43,882 bases of DNA, from NCBI GenBank assembly GCA_017505165.1, contig JAFVPU010000138.1, forward strand, positions 1-43,882, in the 5' to 3' direction. Source of the stretch: Clostridia bacterium (GTDB lineage: Bacteria; Bacillota; Clostridia; Christensenellales; UBA1242). The notes below the pieces were generated by a model that saw nothing but the letters and a program-made list of their open reading frames with translations, was not told the origin of the DNA and ran no database searches. Made by a program: the position numbers and the translations under genes. This document shows, piece by piece, positions 34,911 to 43,882 of this stretch. Within the stretch, counting starts at the first letter, position 1. The number at the start of each line of letters is the position of its first letter.

Positions 34911-35406
34911 GAAGTCGAAGATATTATATTTTTCAATACTTGGCGTGAATTTGGTATGTTTTATTCTTGATTTATTGCCAATAAATTTCCCGTTTTTCAG
35001 AATCAGTTTTTCTGTAACAATGATGCTTATTGGTGCCTTGCTTATTGCACGTGCTGTAACGCTTAAACTTGATAGTAGTATGTTCCTTGGAATAGCATTT
35101 TTCTTATGTGGTCTCTTGAATGGACTTTTATATTTCGGAGGAGTGTATTTTGGCTGGAGTGCTAATGAATTCTGGCCTTATTATATTTTTGCTTTCTCAT
35201 TTGCGAGCTTGTGTACTGCAATTTATTTCAAAGAAAAAGTTATGCTTAAGGTATTCTTACTTTTGCTTGGATTCGGAGCGATAACATTGTTGTATTCATT
35301 GGGTATAATCAAATTTTGGCTTATGATAACATTGCTGATAGTGTGGTTCGTTCTATATTTCACGTTCAATACACTTGTGCATAAAAAAAGGAGTAATAAT
35401 GGATAG
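34903..35406 (+). CDS. hypothetical polytopic membrane protein
   Basis: AAGGAG SD. Overlaps the lgt stop by 8 nt. Five or six hydrophobic segments. Confidence 0.55.
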   Translation: MGKKSKILYFSILGVNLVCFILDLLPINFPFFRISFSVTMMLIGALLIARAVTLKLDSSMFLGIAFFLCGLLNGLLYFGGVYFGWSANEFWPYYIFAFSFASLCTAIYFKEKVMLKVFLLLLGFGAITLLYSLGIIKFWLMITLLIVWFVLYFTFNTLVHKKRSNNG

Positions 35407-36040
35407 ACGAGAAATAGAATTTAACAGCAAAATTGCTGAATTGCAGAATAGAATAGCAGAACAAAATGATACTATTGAAAAACTTACTGCTATTATTGAA
35501 GATTACAAGAGTAAAGAGCAATCAATTTCAAATGCAATTATTGCAAGTATGGAACATGCAAATCAGCTTGAAGCGAGTAGAAAAAAATTATACTCATTGG
35601 ATATTCAAAGAAGTAGATTGATGTATCTTAGAATGGAACAAATTATCAATGAACTATATAGACGATATCCAGAACTAAAAAATGATACGAATTTAAAAGA
35701 TATGTCTGATAAATTCAGATCAATGGTATTTAGTGATTTGAATGATAGAAAAAATGTTTTATCAGTTGATGTAAAACCTCAAGTGGTTACAGATGATCCG
35801 ATCAAAAAACTTTTGCACAATATTATTGATTGTTTTGAAACAAAAAAGGTAGATACTGAAAGAAAAACACGAGAAATAAAATCTCAAACAAGACCAATTC
35901 CAACAACTCCATCAGTTATGAACAGTGTCTCAAAGAGTGGATTTGATTTCAATGAAGCGTTGAATCCAACAATGGGTCTTGATGAAATCATGAAGGCTTT
36001 CAATATCAATGGAGACAAAGATAAGAAAGATAAAAAATAA
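35399..36040 (+). CDS. coiled-coil protein, DivIVA-like central region
   Basis: AAGGAG SD before ATG 35399. EDYKSKEQSISNAIIASMEHANQLEASRKK resembles the DivIVA core. The assignment is weak. Confidence 0.4.
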   Translation: MDRREIEFNSKIAELQNRIAEQNDTIEKLTAIIEDYKSKEQSISNAIIASMEHANQLEASRKKLYSLDIQRSRLMYLRMEQIINELYRRYPELKNDTNLKDMSDKFRSMVFSDLNDRKNVLSVDVKPQVVTDDPIKKLLHNIIDCFETKKVDTERKTREIKSQTRPIPTTPSVMNSVSKSGFDFNEALNPTMGLDEIMKAFNINGDKDKKDKK

Positions 36041-36085
36041 TTGAATATTTTGGCTGCAGATAAACATACTAATTTTGAGGTGAGT

Positions 36086-36337
36086 ATGAGATTTGCAGCT
36101 TTTTTATTATCATGTTTGGGTGGAATCAACTGGTTTATGATAGGGGTTTTGCAATATGACTTTATTGCAGGAATATTTGGTACGCAAGCTAATATTTTCA
36201 GCAGGCTCATATATGCATTTATAGGGGTAAGCAGTATTTATATATTAGCAGTTACGACCTTTTCAAAGGGTAGATTGAAACTTTTCAACTATAAACAAAA
36301 ACAACCAAAAATCAAACGCGAAGTCGAAGATTTTTAA
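36086..36337 (+). CDS. DUF378 family small membrane protein
   Basis: LSCLGGINWFMIGVLQYDFIAGIFG is the DUF378 signature. GAGGTGAG SD before ATG 36086. Confidence 0.65.
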   Translation: MRFAAFLLSCLGGINWFMIGVLQYDFIAGIFGTQANIFSRLIYAFIGVSSIYILAVTTFSKGRLKLFNYKQKQPKIKREVEDF

Positions 36338-36391
36338 TATGCACGTATGTGCAAATGATAAATTAAAATTATAGATAATAAATAAAAACTA

Positions 36392-36616
36392 TTGACAATT
36401 CAAATTTCAGGTGAAATAAATATTGTTGATTTCTTGTCAGCTTTGTCTATAATTAAGTCGAAAAGTGAGGCGAGAAGATTGATAGAACAAGGCGGAATTG
36501 TTATAGATGAGCAAAAGAAAAACAATGCAAATGAAATGTTCAATTTGAAGAATAATCAAGAAGTTATTGTTAAAAAAGGTAAGAAAACTTTTGTAAAAGT
36601 AATAGTAAAAATTTAA
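36392..36616 (+). CDS. stand-alone S4 RNA-binding domain resembling the C-terminus of tyrosyl-tRNA synthetase (possible gene relic)
   Basis: SKSEARRLIEQGGIVIDEQK...VIVKKGKKTFVKV matches the TyrRS C-terminal S4 module. The only in-frame start is TTG 36392, with no SD. No catalytic domain lies upstream. Confidence 0.4.
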   Translation: MTIQISGEINIVDFLSALSIIKSKSEARRLIEQGGIVIDEQKKNNANEMFNLKNNQEVIVKKGKKTFVKVIVKI

Positions 36617-36648
36617 TAAAAAACACACTAGTCAGTGTGTTTTTTTAT
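36617..36648. terminator. bidirectional intrinsic terminator
   Basis: ACACACT / AGTGTGT hairpin flanked by an A-run and a T-run. Confidence 0.8.
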
Positions 36649-39600
36649 TATTTAACTACAATGTTCTCTTTGTCTAGGATTGTTTCTAGTTCGTATATCA
36701 AACTTTCGCGTATGTTGACAAGTGTGCTCATTTTGAAAGCTTGATTAGAGCCAGAATCTTTGACATAAACTTCACTTGTTCCGCTATAATCACTTAGAAT
36801 TTTCTTGACAGCTTCGTGTATTATTCCATCAGCCACATTGTATTTCAAGAACAATCTTTTTGGTTTTTCGATTTCGATTTCGACAGGAAATTCTTCTATC
36901 AAATTTTCTTCAGTCGATTCCGCGTTATTGAGAAGTTCAATATTGTCAATGGTTATGCTTGGTGGATGTCCTTCACGGAGTGTAAATCTACCTTTGATTG
37001 ACACAAGTTCGTCATTGGCAAGTATGTCTTTGAATTTTTCGTAAGTTTTCGGGAACATGACACAATCAAACGTTCCTGTAAGGTCTTCAATAGTTATGAA
37101 TGCCATCTTTGTTCCGGATTTGGTTTGCAAAGGTCTGAATTCGCTTATGACACCTCCACATGTAACGATATCTCCATTTTTGAGACCACCATAGAGTTCA
37201 TCATTATCTTCAACAATTGAATTAAAGTCATTTTCCATTGGATTTTCTTCATCTTCAATCTCATTTGATGGCAACAAACTTGAAGTGAAAGTATAGTTCT
37301 TAATTATGTCCATATGTGCATCTAAAGGGTGTCCAGAAAGATATGTGCCTGCGATTTCTTTTTCGTACTGAAGTTTGACAGAACTTATATATTCGTTCAT
37401 TTTTGGCCATTCTTCTTCCTCGAAAAGGCTGGTATCTTCAATAATATCGCCAAACAGATTCATCTGACCATCACTGAGTTCGCTTCTTCTTGAAAGAGCT
37501 CGATCTACAATGATAGGGAAGACTGTCATCAATTGACTTCTGGTCTTGCCAAAACAGTCAAATGCACCAGATTTAATGAGTGATTCAAGACAGCGCTTGT
37601 TGAGTGCTTGGTTGCTTGCACGAGAAACAAAATCTGTGAAATCTTTAAATTCTCCATTTTCGTTTCTTTCAGCAATAATTTCTTCCATCACGTTGATACC
37701 AACATTTTTGAGAGCACTGAGACCGAATCGAATTGTTTTTCCATCTGTTGAGAAGTATACTTGACTTTTGTTGATATCAGGTGGCAAAACTTCGATTTTT
37801 TCAGATTTTGCATAGGCAATGTAATACTTCAATTTATCAGTTTTTGTAATTCTATCATTAAGAGTTGCGGTGATAAATTCAGGAAGATAATAAGTTTTCA
37901 AATATGCTGTTTGATAGGTTAAAAGCGAATATGCTGCAGCATGAGATTTGTTGAATGCATAAGAAGCAAATCCTTCCATTTCGTTCCAAATCTTGTTGGC
38001 AATTTCTTCACTTACTCCACGGTTGATCGCTCCGTCAATAGCTGGATTAAACTTGCCATGATCATCAGTAAATGCTTCACGACCATGCAGGAAAGCTTCC
38101 TTCCATTTGAGCATTTCAGCAAGTTTCTTTTTACCCATTGCACGACGAATCATGTCTGCTTGGCCAAGTGTAAATCCTGCCATTTCTTGACATATTTTCA
38201 TAACTTGTTCTTGATAAACGATACAACCGTAAGTAACCTTCAAAATAGGTTCAAGGATAGGGTGGTCATATGTAGTATCTTCAGGGTGATGCTTGTTGTG
38301 AACGTATCTTGGAATACTATCCATAGGTCCTGGACGATAAAGCGACACTGCAGCCACAATATCTTCTATACAAGTCGGTTGAAGTTCTTTCATAAACTTC
38401 TTGAAACCGGCAGATTCTATCTGGAATATACCATCAGTGTTTCCTGTTGAAATAAGTTTGAAAACGTTAGGATCATCATAGTTTGATTTGTTGAAATCAA
38501 TTTCGACACCATGATTTTCTTTGATATATTTGATTGCATTTTTGATATCCGACAAGTTGACAAGGCCCAAGAAGTCCATTTTCAAATGTCCCAAGTGTTC
38601 CATTTCAACACCTGTATATTGAGTGGTAATATCTTCGCCATTTCTTGCAAGTGGAACGTGCTTATCAAGTACGTCGGCACCAATAATAACACCACATGCA
38701 TGAGTTGAACTCTGACGAGGGAAGTCTTCAACCTTGATTGCAATATCAATGATCTTCTTGACTTCTGGATCAGAATTGTACATTTCAATAAGCTCAGGAA
38801 CAGCATAAACTGTACCAAAATCTTTGTCTCCTTCTTTTGGAATATGGAAACCAAAAGCTTTCGGCAAAATAGGACTTTTATACATAGGTATAAGTTTGGA
38901 AATTTTATCACAAGTAGCATAAGGAACACGCATTACTCGACCAACGTCTCGAACAGCATTTTTTGCTTTCATAGTTCCAAATGTAACTATACGTGCAATA
39001 TGATCTTCACCATACTTGCGTTTTACATATTCAATGACTTCTTCACGTCTGGTATCTTCAAAGTCGATATCAAAGTCTGGGGCAGAAACACGTTCGCTGT
39101 GCAAGAATCGTTCAAAGAACAAATCGAATTTAAGTGGGTCAATGTTGGTGATACCGATAGTGTAGGCAATCAAAGATCCTGCACCAGATCCTCGTCCTGG
39201 ACCTACAGACATGCCCATTTTTCTTGCAGCGTTGATATAATCCCATACGATAAGGAAATATTCAATGAATTTTTGAGTTTCAATGACGTGCATTTCGGTT
39301 TCGATACGTTTGGTGATTTCTTCAGTATAACCACCATATTTTTCTTTGACACCTTTGTCAATAAGGTTCATGATATATTCTTTTGGTGTGTTTCCAACTT
39401 CGTCGTTGTATCCACCTTCAGGCACATAGTGAGGGAATAAGTATTTTCCATATTCAAAAGAATAATTACATTTGTCTGCAATTTCAAGCGTAATATCTAG
39501 TGCTTCTTGATCGTTTGGTAAACCCTCCAACATTTGATCATATGTTTTCAAATACAATTCATCAGTTGGAAATTTTAGTCTGTCGGGGTCATCAACAAAT

Positions 39601-40271
39601 TTTTGCATAGCAACACACATCAATACATCTTGCATTTCAGCATCTTCTTTATTGAGGTAGTGTACATCATTTGTTGCAACGTTTTTTATGCCAAACTTCT
39701 TTGCATATTCTCTCAATTTTTCATTTACAATCTCTTGTTCTGGAATGCCATTATGTTGAATTTCGAGATAATAATCATCTTTGAACAAATTTTTGAACCA
39801 AAGGATAAGTTGTTCGGCTTTTTCATATTGTTGTTCAAGAATAAGTCTTGGAACATCACCAGCCATACAGGCAGAAAGACAGATAAGTCCTTCGTGGTAT
39901 TGTTCAAGAGTCTTGTGGTCGATTCTTGGTTTGTAATAGAATCCATCTCTATATGCAATAGTGTTAAGCATGCTCAAATTTTTGTATCCTGTCTCGTCTT
40001 TTGCGAGCAAAACTAGGTGAGCAAGTTTTTGTTTGCCATTTTTGTTATACAAATCGTCAGCAACATAGAATTCTGTACCAAAAATAGGCTTGATTCCAGC
40101 ACTTTCGCATGCATCAAAAAATTGAACTGCACCATACATATTTCCATGGTCAGTGATGGCAACTGCAGGCATATTGTATTCTTTGCACATTTTGACCAAT
40201 TTTTTGATTCTAGTGGCACCATCAAGCAAAGAGTATTCAGTGTGTAAGTGTAGATGGACAAATGGCTTCAT
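36648..40271 (-). CDS. dnaE: DNA polymerase III alpha subunit (DnaE type)
   Basis: FVHLHLHTEYSLLDGA (PHP domain), GPGRGSGAGSLIAYTIGIT, FDIDF and MDFLGL motifs. 1207 aa. Confidence 0.95.
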   Translation of the reverse strand: MKPFVHLHLHTEYSLLDGATRIKKLVKMCKEYNMPAVAITDHGNMYGAVQFFDACESAGIKPIFGTEFYVADDLYNKNGKQKLAHLVLLAKDETGYKNLSMLNTIAYRDGFYYKPRIDHKTLEQYHEGLICLSACMAGDVPRLILEQQYEKAEQLILWFKNLFKDDYYLEIQHNGIPEQEIVNEKLREYAKKFGIKNVATNDVHYLNKEDAEMQDVLMCVAMQKFVDDPDRLKFPTDELYLKTYDQMLEGLPNDQEALDITLEIADKCNYSFEYGKYLFPHYVPEGGYNDEVGNTPKEYIMNLIDKGVKEKYGGYTEEITKRIETEMHVIETQKFIEYFLIVWDYINAARKMGMSVGPGRGSGAGSLIAYTIGITNIDPLKFDLFFERFLHSERVSAPDFDIDFEDTRREEVIEYVKRKYGEDHIARIVTFGTMKAKNAVRDVGRVMRVPYATCDKISKLIPMYKSPILPKAFGFHIPKEGDKDFGTVYAVPELIEMYNSDPEVKKIIDIAIKVEDFPRQSSTHACGVIIGADVLDKHVPLARNGEDITTQYTGVEMEHLGHLKMDFLGLVNLSDIKNAIKYIKENHGVEIDFNKSNYDDPNVFKLISTGNTDGIFQIESAGFKKFMKELQPTCIEDIVAAVSLYRPGPMDSIPRYVHNKHHPEDTTYDHPILEPILKVTYGCIVYQEQVMKICQEMAGFTLGQADMIRRAMGKKKLAEMLKWKEAFLHGREAFTDDHGKFNPAIDGAINRGVSEEIANKIWNEMEGFASYAFNKSHAAAYSLLTYQTAYLKTYYLPEFITATLNDRITKTDKLKYYIAYAKSEKIEVLPPDINKSQVYFSTDGKTIRFGLSALKNVGINVMEEIIAERNENGEFKDFTDFVSRASNQALNKRCLESLIKSGAFDCFGKTRSQLMTVFPIIVDRALSRRSELSDGQMNLFGDIIEDTSLFEEEEWPKMNEYISSVKLQYEKEIAGTYLSGHPLDAHMDIIKNYTFTSSLLPSNEIEDEENPMENDFNSIVEDNDELYGGLKNGDIVTCGGVISEFRPLQTKSGTKMAFITIEDLTGTFDCVMFPKTYEKFKDILANDELVSIKGRFTLREGHPPSITIDNIELLNNAESTEENLIEEFPVEIEIEKPKRLFLKYNVADGIIHEAVKKILSDYSGTSEVYVKDSGSNQAFKMSTLVNIRESLIYELETILDKENIVVK

Positions 40272-41143
40272 TAGTTTTCTCCTTTCAATTCTTTGTACAT
40301 GTCGATTATTTTATCCAAGCGGTATTTTATTCCAGCACGACTAAGGTTATTGTTGAGCAATGTTTTCAATTCGCCTAGTGATACATCAGGGTTTGCAAGG
40401 CGAACGAGTGCTATTTCTCGCAAATTTTCATCAAAATAATCGATTGAAAATCTGTCGATAATATAATTTATTGCTTCAAGTTGCAGTTTGCTGGCACTGA
40501 GTGTCTTGTCAAGGTTGGATTCAAAACAATTATTTTGTCTATTTGTTGTGTTTCGAATTTCTCTGATTGCAAGACTATTTTGTACATCAAGGGCAGAGTA
40601 GCTGGCACCTAAAAATACCAGCAAATCACTTATTATATTGCTGTTCTTGGAATATAGAGAAATCCACAAAGATTTTCTCTTTTTTCTTAATTCAAAACCT
40701 GATTCAATCAAAATATTATTGCAAATATCACACAATTTTTCGTCTTTGAAATTGATTTCAAGTGAATATCCTTTGCTGTTTTGATTGTTGTCGGGGTTAT
40801 AATAGAAATTTCCATTCAAAACAAAAAATGTCTTTACAATAGTAGCTTTGTCGCAAGCATTTTCAAACAAATTGATGAAAGATGAATCGAAAATATATTC
40901 TTTTTCAAGTTCGAGATTTTCATCTTTGACAATCAAAAAATCATCAACAATACTCATGCTGATGTTTGGATAGAAATTCCTTATAATTTTGATAATTTTG
41001 TTGATAATTTCTTTTTTTGCACTGATTAAATAAGAATTTTCCTGTTTAATAGCGCAAGAAAGAAGCACAGAGTTAATGAAAGCATGACTGCAACAATTGT
41101 TGTCAGGTATACTAGATAAGATTTGTGATTTGCAGTCTAGCAT
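40271..41143 (-). CDS. whiA: DNA-binding protein WhiA
   Basis: N-terminal ...NNCCSHAFINSVLL..., degenerate LAGLIDADG-like middle region, and C-terminal HTH LANPDVSLGELKTLLNNNLSRAGIKYRLDKI. Its stop overlaps the dnaE ATG (TAATG). Confidence 0.8.
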   Translation of the reverse strand: MLDCKSQILSSIPDNNCCSHAFINSVLLSCAIKQENSYLISAKKEIINKIIKIIRNFYPNISMSIVDDFLIVKDENLELEKEYIFDSSFINLFENACDKATIVKTFFVLNGNFYYNPDNNQNSKGYSLEINFKDEKLCDICNNILIESGFELRKKRKSLWISLYSKNSNIISDLLVFLGASYSALDVQNSLAIREIRNTTNRQNNCFESNLDKTLSASKLQLEAINYIIDRFSIDYFDENLREIALVRLANPDVSLGELKTLLNNNLSRAGIKYRLDKIIDMYKELKGEN

Positions 41144-41146
41144 TTG

Positions 41147-41923
41147 TTAACTCCTTTTCTTTAGTTTATCCTTTTTGAGAGTTGGAAGGCTATTATAATT
41201 GACAACAGCACTGTCAGGGATTCGAAGTCTAAGACATGCTTCGAGACCTCTGTGGCATTCTCCAACACGCTTTGGTGAATGTGCGTCGCTGTTGATCACG
41301 AATTTACAACCAAGTTCATAACATTTCAAGATTTCTTTGTCGCTCATTCCGAGTCTTTTGCCGTTGAGTTCGATCAAAGTATTTGTTTCTTTTGCAACAC
41401 GTGCAACTTTTTCAACATCAACCTTACAACAATGATTTAGGTGAGTAATGATGTCAATATCATGATTTCTCATAGCATTGATGTAAGCATTTGTGTTTTT
41501 CTCACGTTGGCGCTTGCTTGTGTGATGGAACAAACAACATAAAATGTTTTTGAATATGAAACCAAATTGTTCGCGTTTGCTGTTTGATTTCACGATTTTA
41601 TGGAAACCGCAGAGCACAATATCCATTTTTTTGATATCATTGCTGTCCAAATCTATATCTCCTTTACTAGAAATAAGATTGGCTTCAATTCCAACCAAAA
41701 TGTCTATTGGATACCTTTCACGCATTTCTTCAATTTCTTCAATCACACGGTCAAAATCTTTTCTTCTGACACCGTAGAGTGGTTGATTGAATCCATGGTC
41801 AGTGATGGCTATCTGACGAAGACCTTTCGCACATGCTGAACGAACATTTTCTTCAATACTACCTTTGCCATGACCATGACGTGAAAATTTTGTATGAGTA
41901 TGATAATCTGCAATGAGTCCCAT
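41147..41923 (-). CDS. PHP domain metal-dependent phosphoesterase
   Basis: IADYHTHTKFSRHGHG, IAITDHG and SDAH motifs. AAGGAG SD before ATG 41923. Confidence 0.75.
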   Translation of the reverse strand: MGLIADYHTHTKFSRHGHGKGSIEENVRSACAKGLRQIAITDHGFNQPLYGVRRKDFDRVIEEIEEMRERYPIDILVGIEANLISSKGDIDLDSNDIKKMDIVLCGFHKIVKSNSKREQFGFIFKNILCCLFHHTSKRQREKNTNAYINAMRNHDIDIITHLNHCCKVDVEKVARVAKETNTLIELNGKRLGMSDKEILKCYELGCKFVINSDAHSPKRVGECHRGLEACLRLRIPDSAVVNYNSLPTLKKDKLKKRS

Positions 41924-42034
41924 ATTTTCTCCTTGGCTCATATTATAACACTAGTTCAAAAATAAATCAACCTAACTAAAGAAGTTTTAAAAAATAAATT
42001 TTTTAATAAAACTCAAATTTGTCATCTTTTTAAT

Positions 42035-42069
42035 AAAAAAGAAGAAATCAATGTATTAGTTGATTTCTT
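42035..42069 (-). terminator. intrinsic terminator after murB
   Basis: Minus-strand hairpin GAAATCA / TGATTTC followed by a U-run. Overlaps the murB stop. Confidence 0.6.
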
Positions 42070-42946
42070 ATTTCTTGACGATTTCAATTTCTCGCTCAAT
42101 CTGAACGTTTTTTGTGTCAAAAATACGTTTTTCAATCAGGTTTATTAGTTCAATTACGTCTTTGCTAGTTGCATTGCCAGTATTGATTATGTATCCAGCA
42201 TGTTTTGGAGAAATCATAGCTCCCCCGATTTTTAGACCTTTTAGTCCTAATTCGTCTATAGCTTTCGCTGGTATTATTTTACCACGTTTGAAAATACTTC
42301 CAGCACTCGGAAAGTCCAATGGTTGAGAAGAATTTTTACGTTTGATTGCATAGATTATATCTTTGCTGATTCTGTTCTTCGTTTCATGAGGTAAACTAAA
42401 TTTTGCACTCAAAATCACAAAATCGCCAGACTGAAAGATACTTTTTCGATATCCGAATTTGCAATCTGTTTTTGGGATTTTTATTATTTTTGACGGGTTG
42501 TTTTTGTTGATCGCTACGACATAATCAATATAATCAGATATTGATGAATTGAAAGCGCCAACATTATTAACGATCGCTCCGCCAATTGTGGCAGGTATTC
42601 CTGCCAAATCACTCATTCCAGACAATTCGAGTGATGCACATTTTGATATAAATTCACTCAAATTCATACCAGACGAAACATATATTGAATTGTCTTTTTT
42701 GATAAACCTATTGGATCTATTTACGATAATTATTTTGTTGGTTTGTTTGAAATCGAACAATAAGTTTGCACCGAGTCCTATTACCTTGAAATTTTTCTTA
42801 TTTTCAGTGCAATAATTGATCAGATCAATGAGATTTTGTTTCGATTTTGCAATATAAAGATGTTTTGCAATTCCACCGATACGGAAAGTGCAATAATTTC
42901 TTAAATCTTGATTTTTTCTATATTCTATTTTTTTTATTTTTTTCAT
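42068..42946 (-). CDS. murB: UDP-N-acetylenolpyruvoylglucosamine reductase
   Basis: YCTFRIGGIAKHLY, GLGANLLF, IPATIGGAIVNNVGA and PSAGSIFKRG motifs. Confidence 0.9.
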   Translation of the reverse strand: MKKIKKIEYRKNQDLRNYCTFRIGGIAKHLYIAKSKQNLIDLINYCTENKKNFKVIGLGANLLFDFKQTNKIIIVNRSNRFIKKDNSIYVSSGMNLSEFISKCASLELSGMSDLAGIPATIGGAIVNNVGAFNSSISDYIDYVVAINKNNPSKIIKIPKTDCKFGYRKSIFQSGDFVILSAKFSLPHETKNRISKDIIYAIKRKNSSQPLDFPSAGSIFKRGKIIPAKAIDELGLKGLKIGGAMISPKHAGYIINTGNATSKDVIELINLIEKRIFDTKNVQIEREIEIVKK

Positions 42947-43851
42947 TCAAATACTCTAGCGATTTTGCAATTGAAAATCGCATTTTCCATGTCATTATAT
43001 ATGCCGGATGAATATATTTTGTTATTCAAAACAGAGAATAAGGAATATTCTGTGAGTTTGTTTTGATATTCACTTGATAAGCTCATTTCAACAAATTTTT
43101 CAATCAAAATATCGTGGTTTGTTATTCCTATATATTGAATCAAGTCGGTGAAAGAGTCAAGCGGTGTGATAGAGGCATTGAGTCTTCCGATATCGTTGAG
43201 ATTGTTTACTCTAAATAGATCCCTAGCAGTGCCGAGAAGGTTTGATTTTTTGTCATAAATAAATTTTTTATAGGCTTCGTAACTAGATTCTTCTTTTATT
43301 GCACTTTGTGCTGAATTAAGTGTATTTTCTGGGTGAACGAAATCTGAGTGCCCAACCAAATATTTGTCAGATTTCACGCCATGAGTAAAATATGCATATC
43401 CGCTGGCAATGTATGGGTAGGCATATATTTTATTGTTAAACATTCCTGAATTGAGCATATTTTCCTGAATTGAGAATGTTTTTGTGTTGTTTGTCAAATA
43501 AGGCAATACAATTTTTCCAACTCCATGACCGAAAGATATAATGTCTGGCACTTGCTTTGACAAAATAGAATCCAAATCTTTTGGATTGATTGATTTGATC
43601 ATAAAAAGATTGCCGGAATTTTCTTTTTCAAGAACTCTTGCGATAGAATTGAGAAATTGTATTCTTGCTTTGCCTCCGCCTTCAAAAGTCTCGACATGAT
43701 AAACGCTATATATTCTAGTGTTTAGTTGAGGTTCTTTGTATATTTCATAATCTCTGGCAGATTTTATTGCGAAGCAGGGGACGTATATTAAAATAAAAAC
43801 AATAAGGAATATTCCAATAATTTTAATCCAATGTTTTTTCAAAGTTTTCAT
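42943..43851 (-). CDS. hypothetical membrane-anchored protein
   Basis: N-terminal TM or signal-anchor segment (WIKIIGIFLIVFILIYVPCF). Its stop overlaps the murB start (ATGA). No domain recognised. Confidence 0.55.
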   Translation of the reverse strand: MKTLKKHWIKIIGIFLIVFILIYVPCFAIKSARDYEIYKEPQLNTRIYSVYHVETFEGGGKARIQFLNSIARVLEKENSGNLFMIKSINPKDLDSILSKQVPDIISFGHGVGKIVLPYLTNNTKTFSIQENMLNSGMFNNKIYAYPYIASGYAYFTHGVKSDKYLVGHSDFVHPENTLNSAQSAIKEESSYEAYKKFIYDKKSNLLGTARDLFRVNNLNDIGRLNASITPLDSFTDLIQYIGITNHDILIEKFVEMSLSSEYQNKLTEYSLFSVLNNKIYSSGIYNDMENAIFNCKIARVFE

Positions 43852-43882
43852 ACCTAACTTATGAAATTGTTGGACAAAATAT

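Noticed and set aside
37941-39440. 169-aa and 198-aa plus-strand ORFs
   Set aside because: They are antisense to dnaE, have no SD or promoter, and have a composition typical of shadow ORFs. The same reasoning applies to 17368-17820, 5147-5449, 11966-12379 and 8203-8469.
1-43882. CRISPR arrays, IS elements or transposases, integrases, prophage or known defence cassettes
   Set aside because: No regularly spaced repeats and no ORF with transposase, integrase, recombinase, nuclease-helicase or other defence-type motifs. The only repeats are the two short duplications reported.
1-43882. Mollicutes-type genetic code (TGA = Trp), suggested by the low GC content
   Set aside because: Long housekeeping ORFs are intact under the standard code. 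Trp is TGG (for example KWRKYWE in leuS). TGA is used as a genuine stop, for example at 13577-13579 and 42943-42945.

Overview
AT-rich chromosomal segment using the standard genetic code (TGA is a stop, Trp is TGG). Gene content fits a small-genome Bacillota (Firmicutes)-like bacterium. Most of the window is core housekeeping. It holds galE (partial), an LtaS-family sulfatase and tRNA-Asn. It also holds the conserved holB-ricT-methyltransferase-rsmI neighbourhood, greA, pfkA and three aminoacyl-tRNA synthetases (glyQS, leuS, ileS). The remaining recognisable genes are rplI, mscL, a MacB-like fused ABC transporter, ung, lgt, dnaE, whiA and murB. No CRISPR array, transposase, integrase or recognisable defence cassette was seen.

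The most interesting signals are regulatory.
1. ileS and leuS are each preceded by a consensus promoter whose -10 box sits 6-7 nt from an ATG. That ATG opens a tiny ORF rich in the cognate codons (8 Ile of 23 codons; Leu-Leu-Leu), followed by an intrinsic terminator. These look like leaderless leader-peptide attenuators. glyQS in the same window uses a classical T-box instead.
2. The same -10 + 6-8 nt + ATG geometry recurs at six or more ordinary genes, so leaderless mRNAs may be common in this genome.

Other items are:
- a Rho-derived protein with a destroyed Walker A motif
- two large orphan K/E-rich proteins (1021 aa with a central membrane hairpin, and 561 aa)
- a duplicated tRNA-Asn 3' end (att-like scar)
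- an exact 51-bp duplication of a gene start
- a GC-rich hairpin that may be an ncRNA
- an orphan TyrRS-like S4 domain
- a MazF toxin with a non-canonical upstream partner

All calls come from reading the sequence by eye. No searches or folding programs were run.
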